This document shows positions 8,801 through 17,367 of a DNA stretch of 38,249 nt, one piece after another (within the stretch, counting starts at the first letter, position 1; the number at the start of each line of letters is the position of its first letter). The DNA lies in NCBI GenBank assembly GCA_045612465.1, contig JAZKZC010000083.1, forward strand, positions 1 through 38,249, given 5' to 3'. The notes below the pieces were generated by a model. It was given only the letters and a program-made list of their open reading frames with translations. It had not been told where the DNA came from and did not search any database. Source of the stretch: Eubacteriales bacterium. GTDB lineage: Bacteria; Bacillota; Clostridia; Oscillospirales; CAG-272. The position numbers were made by a program, and so were the translations under genes.

Positions 8801-11800
8801 TAAAGGGAAATGTACGTATTCCCGTGTCCGATTATATCGTAGTGCTTCCGGGTATTCAAAAGGAAGTTGAAACGAACGAATTCGATGAATACGGAATGAT
8901 CATCGGCACGAAGAAGATACAGGGTATCGAGAGTGTCAGCACAATGACATATGAGGACGGAACGTTTACGACGGGCGATCCCAATACGGAAAGCTACGTT
9001 TACGGCAGAGTGGGCGACCGCATCACGATGCTCGTCTTCAACGGTGACGATAAGCAGCGGTTTGATTTTACACTCAGCGGAACGGTATTAAACGGCACTG
9101 CTGCAACCATGCTTACGGAATCTGCAGTGTCATATCCCGATGGCGCACCGTACGTATTCAGTATCACCTACAGATACGCAAATTCCTCAAACAACGATGT
9201 AACGAACGAAAATGAAAATTCCGTGCGGATATTCGATGATTCGATTTCGTTTACGGCAGTTGTTTCCAACACTTCGAATTCCGAAGTAAAGTATGTTGAA
9301 AGACTCGAATTCGGTCTTTACGACGTAGCGGGCACGCGACTTGGCAAATTCACGGTCGAGAACCCCGATACGACACTTCGCGGCGGTAAGTTCGTGCTTA
9401 CGGTTGACGGAATGAATCAGGTATTCCACAACGGCGACCGTCTGCGTGTGCGCGTCATTGAAAGAAAATACGACATTTACGGCAATCCGTACACCGTTAC
9501 GCATCCCGAGGTTGAAACGGGCTATTCGTTCTATATAGAAAATACGCTCATATTCCCCAAAACGTACGATATGCCCGAAACGAACGCGGTAAATATTCCG
9601 ATAATAGGCGCCGCGAGTGCGAGCGCATCTTCGGGACTTCTCAGTTTTTCAAAAACGGATTGGGAAGCAGACAGCACAACGGGCAGAGCAACGGGATACA
9701 CGCTTTCTATCAATGCCGATGTTCTGGCTTACAATACTCAGTCGCTCGGATCTAAGGAAAAGCTTGATAAATTGAAATCTCTGAACAGCGCGGCACAAAA
9801 GGCTCAGGAGAATTTCAACAATATAGAAACAGCAAAAAAGAATCTGGAGAACAGCGCGCTTGCGACCATTGAAGCTTTGAAAAATGCGCAGACTGAGGAG
9901 GAAAAGGCTTCTTTGAATAAACAACTCGAAGACCTTGAATATCAGAAGCGTGTGTTTGATACGTACAAGACGGGCTTGGAGGATGGAGCAAGAGAGCCGC
10001 TTGCAGGCTTCAGTAAGGTCAAAACGATGAAATTCAACGTTTTGGTACTGCTTGCATTTGATTTTATCTACGACCCTGAGGCACAGGAATACGTGTTCTG
10101 TTCAGGTACGGCAGGTATAACGGTTGCGGCAAATTACAGCCAAAATATCTACACCGTCATTTACGGTGTCCCAGTATTCCTTAATTTAACAGGTTCTGTC
10201 CAGGGGGATGCGCTTGTATATTACCCCTCACACAATGCGGATAACGTGCTTACGGCAGGTGATTTTGACAAATATTCGGGTAACGTCCATGAAAGACTCG
10301 AAAAAACAAATGCCGTGTTCGGACTCACAGCGTCACTTATGGCGCAGGTAGGTGTCGGAATGTGCAACGTGCTTTCGGCAAGAGGATATGTAAAATACGG
10401 TTTGCAGTTCAGCCTGCCCACATCCGATTTTGAAGAAAATTACGGTGTTTTGCTTATGGCATCGGGCGGCATAGGAATAGACCTGCTTTGTCTCAGCATC
10501 AATTTCGATGTTGGTAATTTCAGATACGGATTCGGTATTTACGAGGGTGAAACGAGCGTATCGTTCTTAGGCGGTCACGTTGATGTTGTTTCAGCGTCAA
10601 GTGATCCTATGCGTTCGGCTCAAAGCGGTAAGAATACCGAAACGGCGCTTCACGAATATTACGCGGGCACATCCGATATGTCGGATTTCGGATATAACGG
10701 ATTCGTAAAAGCAACACCCGAGGAAGTGAACAGAAGCGTGCTTCTTGACGATGCGGCAGAACGTACACGACCGAAGCTCATGCTGTTTGATGACGGAAGC
10801 CGTATGCTGTTCTTCATAGGTAACAGAGGTAAAGAAAACGGCACTCTGAATGATATGGCACTGTTCTACACCGTATATAAAGACGGTGTGTGGAGTACAC
10901 CCTCTATGGTTGCCGATGACGGAACAATGGATACAAATCCCGCTGTTATATGCAGAAACGGTAAAGCTGCTGTTGCGTGGGTAGATGCAAACAAGACGTT
11001 TGACGGTGATGATACGAACTTCGATAAGCTCAATTCGCTCGGTATATCCGTTGCGGTATATGAAAACGGCGGATTCAGCAATGAAATGACACTTGTTGAT
11101 GACGGATTTTTCAACTTTGCGCCTCAGCTCAATATCGTCGGCGACAAGCTTTACTGCAGTTATATGAAGCGTGACATAAGCGGTGTAAAGACGGAAGAAG
11201 GACTTCTGGACCTCACCGCAACGTATTCAACAATGGCATACGTAAAGTGTGATATTTCCGCAAGAACGATAGAGTCAGAGCAGTTTATCACAGTTAAGCA
11301 CACTACTCTTACAGATCCGCTTGTGTTTGACTACAAGAGCGAAACAACGAATATAAACGGCAAAAATTATATGCTTGCAACATACACCGTCGACGAGGAC
11401 GCTGACCTTAATACGTACGCTGACAGAGAGCTGTTTCTGGCAGTGACGGACATTGATTCCGATATTGCGTATTACCCGATTCCGATAACGAATGACACTG
11501 TCAGCCAGTCAAGTCCCGCGCTTACGAATATCGACGGCACTGTGTACCTGACATGGCTTGAAAACGGCGGTCTGTTCAACCTTTTGGATGTAAGCAGTAT
11601 GCTCGGCGCGATGCTCGGTTCCGAATCGGGCGTATCGTCTGTTTACAGACAAAGCGCTGAAAACGGAGAAAAGGAATGGTATCGCAAGACGGCAAGTGAG
11701 CTTGGAATTGACACAGAATACTACGAACGCACGGTGCTTGAGGAGCTTTACAACAATGACATAAGCTCCGAAAAGGAAAATCTCCAGAAAGACGAATCAT

Positions 11801-13443
11801 CCTTTGTCAGCATCGCTGACTACCGTCTTGTGACGAACGGTGACGATATATACATATTCTATACGTCAACAGACACAAAAGAGGGAGATGACGGTGTTGA
11901 GCTGTTCGGTGCGCATTACCAGCGCGACGTTTCGGAAAGTGACGGGGAATCGGTTGACGTTGACAACAGCGAAACACACGAAAACTGGGGATTCGGAAAA
12001 GCTGTACAGATAACCGATTACGGTAAGGTCATAGACGAATTTGACGTCGTTATGACAAAAGATAATGATATATACGTCGTTTCAAATCATTACGATCATT
12101 GGATAGACGAAAACGGTAATATTCAAAACGGAAAGAATCAGCTCGTTGAGATAGAGTTCAGTCCCAAAGGCTCGGTAAGCGTTATGAATGATGCTGTCAT
12201 TCTGCCGCAGAGCCTCGTTAAAAACACGACTGAGAATATCATCTTTACCGTACAGAATGAAGGATTGATAACAACAAAAGGCTTTGACTATACCGTAAGC
12301 ACGGTGAAAAACGGTGTCAGAACAGTAATTGCAAGCGAATCGCTTGATGTTCACTTAGGAACTGCGGAAACGTATAAAATAACACTTCCGTGGAACATTC
12401 CCGATGACATTTCCGAAACATCGATCGAAGTTGCGGTAAGTGAGCGCGGCGTTGACATTTTGAATCCCGACACGGTAACAAAGGCGCTTCCTTACACAGA
12501 GGTACTTGAAATTTCCGACCGTTCGATTAAACTTGAAAACGGTAAGTATTACGTATACGCAACCGTCAAAAACATAGGAAACAAGGATGCCGAAGCTTGT
12601 GTGGGAAGACTTACAAGGCTTGACGGAACGAAGGAAGCGGAGCTTTACGGTGAAATTGAAATACCTGCTCTGGCATCGGGTGAAAGCCACGGCATTATCA
12701 TACCGTTTGAGCCTTCCGTCGATGATTTCAATTCGTTCGGCTATATCGATATGGAGCTTACAACGTATATATCGGACATAAAACATTCATCAAAGATAAT
12801 TCAGTTTATCCCCGGCATTCCCGTGTGTGCGGAAATAAACGGCGGTACTGAAAAAATCGAACTTGCAGAGGGAATGACATTCGGGGTGAGCGTAAAATCA
12901 GCTCCGTGGAACGAACTTGCAGGTGAAGTGTTCTTCACAACGGATGATCCGTTTGTCGCAACCGTTGACGAAAACGGTGTTATAACTGCAAGCGGAAGCG
13001 GTACTGCAACGCTTCGTGCATATTATCCGAGATGGGGCGTTTACGCAACGGCGGAAATAAACGTAAGTGATGATCCGAACGCACCTGCGCCCGTTTATAA
13101 GGTTGTTTTGAACGAAACCGAACACGGCACGGTAACGCTCGATAAAACGGAGTGTGAGGAAAACGGAAAGGTTACGATAACTGTAACACCCGAAGCAGGA
13201 TATAAAACGGAAAGTGTGTGTGTTACGGATGCAAACGGAAATATAATTTCCGTTACAGACAACAAAGACGGAACTTACACGTTTATTCAGCCGTCGCACA
13301 GCGTTACGGTTGACGTGGTGTTCGTTGTGGATGAGGAAGCCGATAACCCTCAAACCTTTGATATAATACCTCTGACGGCTCTTATAACGGTAATATCATT
13401 TGCATCAACGGTGCTTTTAAGCAAAAAGCTCAAAAGAGGATAA
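5806..13443 (+). CDS. Giant (~2545 aa) cell-surface protein: signal peptide, 2x Calx-beta, beta-rich core, CARDB-like and Big_2-like Ig domains, divergent InlB-B-like repeat, NPQTF sortase-like anchor
   Basis: ATG 5806 has AAAGGA upstream. Signal peptide KRILSFVLVFVFML; Calx-beta motif LKFKAGEDEKKVSFRIMDDDVSEGDENFSLLL; Big_2 motif DDPFVATVDENGVITA; C-terminus NPQTFD + hydrophobic helix + KKLKRG. Confidence 0.85.
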   Translation: MKGYSALKRILSFVLVFVFMLPVVTESALPALAYDHVYYELETKRIDKASLPDGNVVYFGTVSATLDESNRYYTVSVYREGDISTEATVDIHTVDMTALYSKDYSLVMAGTSEYPSDKNILQTYVEGVLSAEELLENGVKLENSLEELTQQEDADSVTKTEKSSLAQLKEDATGEATRDTYPTESVDMLQSVIDGVTPEVVSEFDHSSSVTLKFKAGEDEKKVSFRIMDDDVSEGDENFSLLLTNAVGAEVYEVPSISVVIKDNEPVVRSEISFTKTDYDSNGDTVTLEIARTGAEYSLVDMRIYTSGDTAKAGINYEALDTTLAFMPYEMTKKVKLNVAGEGDFSVTLDDFKACYAGKTVSAQINISKANGAPDLLTSSEKSTFTIYFGENINGTNKLYTVEYTPGEPTGRIMDTSYEPAVEVGCYYFALSSDKGGYFHYSTSQYSGDKPGGLGTLECVYVDTGTQHTSYGDVAYYSGFTRKTGKIWTLSDVKMPGVYYQYVAGDIQSTSSFGGGQKFRINSTTLGKNDYVGGKFDRNAVDAVIRMDNIQSTKDNKMFHVSFDAIDDEKNRTPKSYLRVFGVAAMYKRYAISISDPEQLKYLTGNVNDGEPEYSMFTPVQMTVKCGAQPAIGPGQTRDIYANPDSAVTNLVFTENEVTVNGNSGKFGILRGYKITINPDAGENAVTVTYPDDFLKYLDDGAADKGACADYSSAAVEKQKKKILENLTSVPYDSYFIDWIDSLQKEVVNYGLGYYQKLHFKPLYEYEMVNVKVLGAAGGVDAAFASSSISNKGDYIFHVGDMLDLRALSNDIHYRAVGYEYSTDEGVNYYRFPGLSTLCLSGGKTKGYYIRPAVDENDNRIEIKFKNGAEKYFTVNGIEYQGFVDDSTLSANGLGGKHILNINKFGADILEIMNPISGEIYTIDIVSIADDDEYVYIPVITDSMTDTVYKTKQLHFEARSNKDDNVLILDYEKVLKSDMVKFSVNGSVVTNYPTILDTVKGNVRIPVSDYIVVLPGIQKEVETNEFDEYGMIIGTKKIQGIESVSTMTYEDGTFTTGDPNTESYVYGRVGDRITMLVFNGDDKQRFDFTLSGTVLNGTAATMLTESAVSYPDGAPYVFSITYRYANSSNNDVTNENENSVRIFDDSISFTAVVSNTSNSEVKYVERLEFGLYDVAGTRLGKFTVENPDTTLRGGKFVLTVDGMNQVFHNGDRLRVRVIERKYDIYGNPYTVTHPEVETGYSFYIENTLIFPKTYDMPETNAVNIPIIGAASASASSGLLSFSKTDWEADSTTGRATGYTLSINADVLAYNTQSLGSKEKLDKLKSLNSAAQKAQENFNNIETAKKNLENSALATIEALKNAQTEEEKASLNKQLEDLEYQKRVFDTYKTGLEDGAREPLAGFSKVKTMKFNVLVLLAFDFIYDPEAQEYVFCSGTAGITVAANYSQNIYTVIYGVPVFLNLTGSVQGDALVYYPSHNADNVLTAGDFDKYSGNVHERLEKTNAVFGLTASLMAQVGVGMCNVLSARGYVKYGLQFSLPTSDFEENYGVLLMASGGIGIDLLCLSINFDVGNFRYGFGIYEGETSVSFLGGHVDVVSASSDPMRSAQSGKNTETALHEYYAGTSDMSDFGYNGFVKATPEEVNRSVLLDDAAERTRPKLMLFDDGSRMLFFIGNRGKENGTLNDMALFYTVYKDGVWSTPSMVADDGTMDTNPAVICRNGKAAVAWVDANKTFDGDDTNFDKLNSLGISVAVYENGGFSNEMTLVDDGFFNFAPQLNIVGDKLYCSYMKRDISGVKTEEGLLDLTATYSTMAYVKCDISARTIESEQFITVKHTTLTDPLVFDYKSETTNINGKNYMLATYTVDEDADLNTYADRELFLAVTDIDSDIAYYPIPITNDTVSQSSPALTNIDGTVYLTWLENGGLFNLLDVSSMLGAMLGSESGVSSVYRQSAENGEKEWYRKTASELGIDTEYYERTVLEELYNNDISSEKENLQKDESSFVSIADYRLVTNGDDIYIFYTSTDTKEGDDGVELFGAHYQRDVSESDGESVDVDNSETHENWGFGKAVQITDYGKVIDEFDVVMTKDNDIYVVSNHYDHWIDENGNIQNGKNQLVEIEFSPKGSVSVMNDAVILPQSLVKNTTENIIFTVQNEGLITTKGFDYTVSTVKNGVRTVIASESLDVHLGTAETYKITLPWNIPDDISETSIEVAVSERGVDILNPDTVTKALPYTEVLEISDRSIKLENGKYYVYATVKNIGNKDAEACVGRLTRLDGTKEAELYGEIEIPALASGESHGIIIPFEPSVDDFNSFGYIDMELTTYISDIKHSSKIIQFIPGIPVCAEINGGTEKIELAEGMTFGVSVKSAPWNELAGEVFFTTDDPFVATVDENGVITASGSGTATLRAYYPRWGVYATAEINVSDDPNAPAPVYKVVLNETEHGTVTLDKTECEENGKVTITVTPEAGYKTESVCVTDANGNIISVTDNKDGTYTFIQPSHSVTVDVVFVVDEEADNPQTFDIIPLTALITVISFASTVLLSKKLKRG

Positions 13444-13448
13444 ATAAT

Positions 13449-13487
13449 AAAAAACAATGGAATTTTTTCAAATTCCATTGTTTTTTT
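13449..13487. terminator. Bidirectional terminator-like inverted repeat
   Basis: AAAAAACAATGGAATTT-TTTC-AAATTCCATTGTTTTTT (17-bp perfect arms) between convergent genes, overlapping the last codons of the DUF4298 gene. Confidence 0.75.
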
Positions 13488-13758
13488 CTCTTTTTGCCTG
13501 TTCTGTATCGCATATAAGATTATACAAAGTATCTTGTGAAAGCACACCGCATTTTAATTTTTTCGGAAGCTCTCCGCGTTCGTGTTTTTCATAGTCCGAA
13601 AGCCATAAACCCGAATCCATATATTCCGTAAGTATTTTCAGTTTTTCTTCCATTGTCTTGTTTTCGCTGAAATTTTCGGAATCTTCAAATGCAAAAATAA
13701 CCTCGTTCATAAGGTTTTCCATGCGTTTTATTCTTTTTACTATATATTTTGTTTTCAT
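13468..13758 (-). CDS. DUF4298-like small protein
   Basis: RIKRME...YMDSGLWLSDYE...GELPKKLKCGVLSQDTLYNL matches the pattern I recall for DUF4298. RBS AAGGAG upstream. Confidence 0.75.
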   Translation of the reverse strand: MKTKYIVKRIKRMENLMNEVIFAFEDSENFSENKTMEEKLKILTEYMDSGLWLSDYEKHERGELPKKLKCGVLSQDTLYNLICDTEQAKREKNNGI

Positions 13759-13768
13759 ATATATCTCC

Positions 13769-13797
13769 TTGACGGGGAAGGCTTCTCATGGTATAAT
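13769..13797 (+). promoter_or_regulatory. sigma-A promoter of the radical SAM gene
   Basis: TTGACG-17 bp-TATAAT with an extended TG. Confidence 0.75.
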
Positions 13798-13798
13798 C

Positions 13799-13827
13799 AT
13801 TTTAATTGAAAGTTCGGCATATGTCAA
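13799..13827 (-). promoter_or_regulatory. sigma-A promoter of the DUF4298 gene
   Basis: Minus strand TTGACA-17 bp-TAAAAT. Confidence 0.7.
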
Positions 13828-13842
13828 GGGGAAAGTGAAAAT

Positions 13843-14598
13843 ATGAGTGAGTATGTAAAGGATATAAACCGCATAGAGGTGATAATCACGAATGCCTGCA
13901 CGGGAAATTGCAAGCATTGCTCGCAAGGGGAACACACGGGGAAGGCGGAAAGTGTGCGGGGTGAATACGCGGTAAAGGCACTGGAGGATATTGCAAGTGA
14001 ATACGGTATAACTTCATTTATGACCTTCGGCGGTGAACCGCTGTTGTTTGCAGATGCCGTGTGTGCCGTTCATAAAACGGCATCGCGCCTCGGTATTCCG
14101 AAGCGTCAGCTTATAACTAACGGTTTTTTCAGCAAGGACAGGGAAGTTATAAAGAAAGTTTCGGAAAACATCGTTTCAAGCGGTGTTAACGATATACTTT
14201 TGTCGGTCGATGCCTTTCATCAGGAAACGATACCGCTCGAATACGTAAAAACGTTTGCCGAATATATCAAACTCCTCGGCGGAAACATCAGACTTCAGCC
14301 TGCGTGGCTCGTAAGCGAGGGGGATGATAATTCTTACAATATCGAAACAAGGAGAATTCTCGGGGAATTTTCGTATCTTGATATAAAAACAGGCTCCGGT
14401 AATGTCGTATTTCCCGAAGGAAACGCGCTTGTTTATTTCAAGGAGTATTTCAAAGACGTAAATGAATATAAAAACCCGTACGAGGATGATCCGTTTCATC
14501 TGACGTCGGTGAGTATCGAACCCGACGGAACGATGCTTTGCGGAAATATTTACAAGCAAAATGCGCTTGATATATTGAAAGGATATACACCCTCTTAA
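13843..14598 (+). CDS. Radical SAM protein of unknown substrate
   Basis: CTGNCKHC (CxxxCxxC), TFGGEP, ITNG and LSVDAFH. No Cys-rich SPASM extension. Confidence 0.9.
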   Translation: MSEYVKDINRIEVIITNACTGNCKHCSQGEHTGKAESVRGEYAVKALEDIASEYGITSFMTFGGEPLLFADAVCAVHKTASRLGIPKRQLITNGFFSKDREVIKKVSENIVSSGVNDILLSVDAFHQETIPLEYVKTFAEYIKLLGGNIRLQPAWLVSEGDDNSYNIETRRILGEFSYLDIKTGSGNVVFPEGNALVYFKEYFKDVNEYKNPYEDDPFHLTSVSIEPDGTMLCGNIYKQNALDILKGYTPS

Positions 14599-14608
14599 CA
14601 AAAAATAC

Positions 14609-14637
14609 TTGAAAAAACTTCGTTTTTGTGGTATAAC
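14609..14637 (+). promoter_or_regulatory. sigma-A promoter of the 76-aa gene
   Basis: TTGAAA-17 bp-TATAAC with an extended TG. Confidence 0.55.
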
Positions 14638-14667
14638 AAACGAAAATAAAATTATAGGAGGGTAGAA

Positions 14668-14898
14668 ATGAAGAAAATTATCTGCAAGGTTGAGTATGAT
14701 ACAGAAGCGTCCGAGCTTCTTAAAAAATACACACACGGATATTTCGGTGATCCCGAAGGATACGAAGAATCCCTTTATGTAACAGAGGGCGGTAAGTATT
14801 TTCTCTACGTAAACGGTGGTGAAAAGTCAGCTCATCCTGCTGAAAATATCACCAGAATGTCAGCGGCAAAGGCTGAAGAATGGAAAGCGTCACACTGA
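14668..14898 (+). CDS. Small hypothetical protein (76 aa)
   Basis: Strong RBS AGGAGG, its own promoter and terminator, and globular-looking sequence (YDTE...YEESLY...KYFLY..GG). Confidence 0.8.
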   Translation: MKKIICKVEYDTEASELLKKYTHGYFGDPEGYEESLYVTEGGKYFLYVNGGEKSAHPAENITRMSAAKAEEWKASH

Positions 14899-14904
14899 AA
14901 AATA

Positions 14905-14937
14905 ATCCGCATCAGAGTTGATGCGGATCGTTTTTTT
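14905..14937 (+). terminator. Intrinsic terminator
   Basis: ATCCGCATCA-GAGT-TGATGCGGAT followed by CG and T7. Confidence 0.8.
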
Positions 14938-15373
14938 ATAAGTTTTTATACATCATAACGTGGGGGATACCGTCCTCGGTATACTTTTTGTCGGTCGGTA
15001 CAAATCCGCACTTTTCATAAAAGCCCTGTGCTTGTATCTGCGCACCGATTGAAACCGTGTCGGCGGAAAATTTTTCGCGTGCTGTATCAAGTGCGGCAAA
15101 CATAAGCTTTTTGCCAAGTCCCGTGCCGCGTGCGACGGTTATAACCCTGCCTATTGTCACGTTGTCGTAAATAAGTCCTTTCGGTGCAACTCTGCAATAT
15201 GCAAGTATCTTCCCGTTTTCCTCAAAAAATACGTGGCAGCAGTCAAAGTCCTTTCCGTCAAGGTCCTGGTAAGGGCAGTTTTGCTCAACGGTGAAAATTT
15301 GTATGCGTGCTTTGATTATTTCGTAAAGCTCATTTGTCGTAAGTTCATCAAATTTTTTAATTATTAATTCCAT
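14936..15373 (-). CDS. elaA: GNAT N-acetyltransferase, ElaA family
   Basis: KFDELTTNELYEI...FTVEQNCPYQDLDGKD, IGRV...RGTGLG, FYEKCGF and EDGIPH. Start moved to ATG 15373. Confidence 0.9.
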   Translation of the reverse strand: MELIIKKFDELTTNELYEIIKARIQIFTVEQNCPYQDLDGKDFDCCHVFFEENGKILAYCRVAPKGLIYDNVTIGRVITVARGTGLGKKLMFAALDTAREKFSADTVSIGAQIQAQGFYEKCGFVPTDKKYTEDGIPHVMMYKNL

Positions 15374-15407
15374 TGTTTTTCCCCAAAATTTTATATTTTC
15401 CAAATCT

Positions 15408-15436
15408 ATTTTATTATATTTTTTTGCGCTTGTCAA
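15408..15436 (-). promoter_or_regulatory. sigma-A promoter of elaA
   Basis: Minus strand TTGACA-17 bp-TAAAAT. Confidence 0.65.
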
Positions 15437-15477
15437 TATAAAAATACAAATTTCGACAGCACTTGTACTAATGAATG

Positions 15478-15507
15478 TTAACATTGTTTTTACATATTTT
15501 TTTTACG
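15478..15507 (+). promoter_or_regulatory. Candidate Pho box upstream of the Na/Pi cotransporter
   Basis: TTAACA-N5-TTTACA-N7-TTTACG direct repeats. Confidence 0.4.
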
Positions 15508-15562
15508 TAGCTTTTTTTTAATATGTAAAATTAAACTGATCATAATTAAAGGAGATTTCTTT

Positions 15563-17323
15563 ATGGGTGCAAATGAAATTTTTTCTATGATTGTTTCGCT
15601 TGTAGGCGGTCTTGCATTTTTCCTTTACGGTATGACGGTAATGTCAAACGGACTTGAAAAAATGGCAGGCGGTAAGCTTGAAAGGGCGTTGAATACGCTT
15701 ACCTCAAGCACTACGAGAGGTGTTTTACTCGGTGCGGGTATCACCATTGCCATTCAGTCGTCATCGGCCTTTACGGTTATGCTTGTCGGCCTTGTAAACT
15801 CGGGCGTTATGCAGTTCTCACAGACTGTCAGCGCAATTATGGGTTCAAACATAGGTACGACGCTCACAGCGTGGCTTTTGTCGCTTGCGGGAATTGATGA
15901 CTCAAGCGGAAACATTTTCCTCAGTATGCTGAAGCCCGCAAACTTCTCCGCTATTCTTGCGCTTATCGGTGTCGTTATGATAATGATAGCGAAAAGCTCC
16001 AAGAAAAAGGACATAGGAAGTATACTCGTCGGATTTGCGGTGCTTATGTTCGGTATGTCGCTCATGGGCGATGCAATGGAACCGCTTTCGGAATCCGAAT
16101 CGTTTGCGCAGATTCTCGTAATGTTCAATAACCCCGTTATCGGTGTTGTTGTAGGCGCACTGTTTACGGGAATAATTCAAAGCTCCGCAGCGTCGGTTGC
16201 CATTCTTCAGTCACTTGCCTCAACGGGAAGCATTACGTATGCAATGGCAATACCGATAATTATGGGTCAGAATATCGGTACTTGCGTGACGTCGCTCATT
16301 TCAAGTATCGGTGTTACGAAAAACGCAAAGCGTGTTGCGGTCATCCATATTTCGTTTAACATTATAGGTACTGTTGTAATACTTGCTGTATACAGCCTCG
16401 TTGACTATCTTGTAACGCTTGCATTCCTTGATACGGCGATAGATGCATTCGGAATTGCTGTCGTACACAGTATATTCAACGTCACAACAACGCTTATGCT
16501 GTTGCCTTTCAGCAAGCTCCTCATTAAGATTGCGGAAATCGTTGTCAAAGGTGATGATAAAACAGTTGAAGCTCCCCTCATTGACGAGCGTTTGCTTCAC
16601 ACACCCTCATTTGCCATTCCCGAATGTAACAACGTGACGGTGGATATGGCAGGGCTTTCTGTAAAGACTATAAAGGGTGCTATTTCTCTTGTCAATAAAT
16701 TTGAAAAGAAAACGGCAGACCTGGTATACGAATTGGAAAGCAGTATCGACAAGTACGAAGACCAGCTCGGTTCGTATCTCGTTAAGCTATCGAGTAAAGA
16801 CCTTACTTATTCCGACAGCCGTCAGATCTCAAAGCTTCTGCGTGCAATAGGCGATTTCGAAAGAATCGGCGACCACGCTGTAAATATTGTAGATACACTC
16901 ACAGAGATGAAAGAAAAGAAGATTTCGTTCTCCGAACAGGCAAATCACGAAATCGGAATTCTGAAGTTTGCGCTTGATGAAATAATCGACATAACATACA
17001 GAGCATTCTCTGAAAACAATGTTATGGCGGCTGCTGATGTTGAACCTCTTGAGGAACGAATAGACGACCTCATACTTGACATCAAAACGAAGCACATCGA
17101 CCGTTTGCAGAACGGCGCTTGTACTATCGAGCTTGGATTTTTGCTTTCGGATCTTCTCACAAACTTTGAACGTGTGTCCGACCACTGCTCGAATATCGCC
17201 GTAACGCTTATCGATATTTCGGGCGAAAAGGGTGTACATAAGTATCTTGATGAAGTCAAATCGGGCATCAACACAGCATTTTCCGAAAAGTACGAAATGT
17301 ACAAAAATAAATATTCAATATAA
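15563..17323 (+). CDS. Na/Pi cotransporter family protein with C-terminal PhoU domains
   Basis: Two QSS repeats (IQSSSA, IQSSAA), GSNIGTT and GQNIGT; PhoU-like DFERIGDHA and NFERVSDHC. Confidence 0.95.
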   Translation: MGANEIFSMIVSLVGGLAFFLYGMTVMSNGLEKMAGGKLERALNTLTSSTTRGVLLGAGITIAIQSSSAFTVMLVGLVNSGVMQFSQTVSAIMGSNIGTTLTAWLLSLAGIDDSSGNIFLSMLKPANFSAILALIGVVMIMIAKSSKKKDIGSILVGFAVLMFGMSLMGDAMEPLSESESFAQILVMFNNPVIGVVVGALFTGIIQSSAASVAILQSLASTGSITYAMAIPIIMGQNIGTCVTSLISSIGVTKNAKRVAVIHISFNIIGTVVILAVYSLVDYLVTLAFLDTAIDAFGIAVVHSIFNVTTTLMLLPFSKLLIKIAEIVVKGDDKTVEAPLIDERLLHTPSFAIPECNNVTVDMAGLSVKTIKGAISLVNKFEKKTADLVYELESSIDKYEDQLGSYLVKLSSKDLTYSDSRQISKLLRAIGDFERIGDHAVNIVDTLTEMKEKKISFSEQANHEIGILKFALDEIIDITYRAFSENNVMAAADVEPLEERIDDLILDIKTKHIDRLQNGACTIELGFLLSDLLTNFERVSDHCSNIAVTLIDISGEKGVHKYLDEVKSGINTAFSEKYEMYKNKYSI

Positions 17324-17333
17324 AACAAATAAT

Positions 17334-17360
17334 AAAAGCAGGGCATCAGCCCTGCTTTTT
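17334..17360. terminator. Bidirectional intrinsic terminator
   Basis: AAAAGCAGGGC-ATCA-GCCCTGCTTTTT between convergent genes. Confidence 0.85.
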
Positions 17361-17367
17361 ATCTGCT

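Noticed and set aside
14668-14898. Small ORF as a RiPP precursor for the radical SAM enzyme
   Set aside because: It looks globular, has only one Cys and has its own promoter. The enzyme lacks SPASM/RRE features, and no transporter or protease is nearby.
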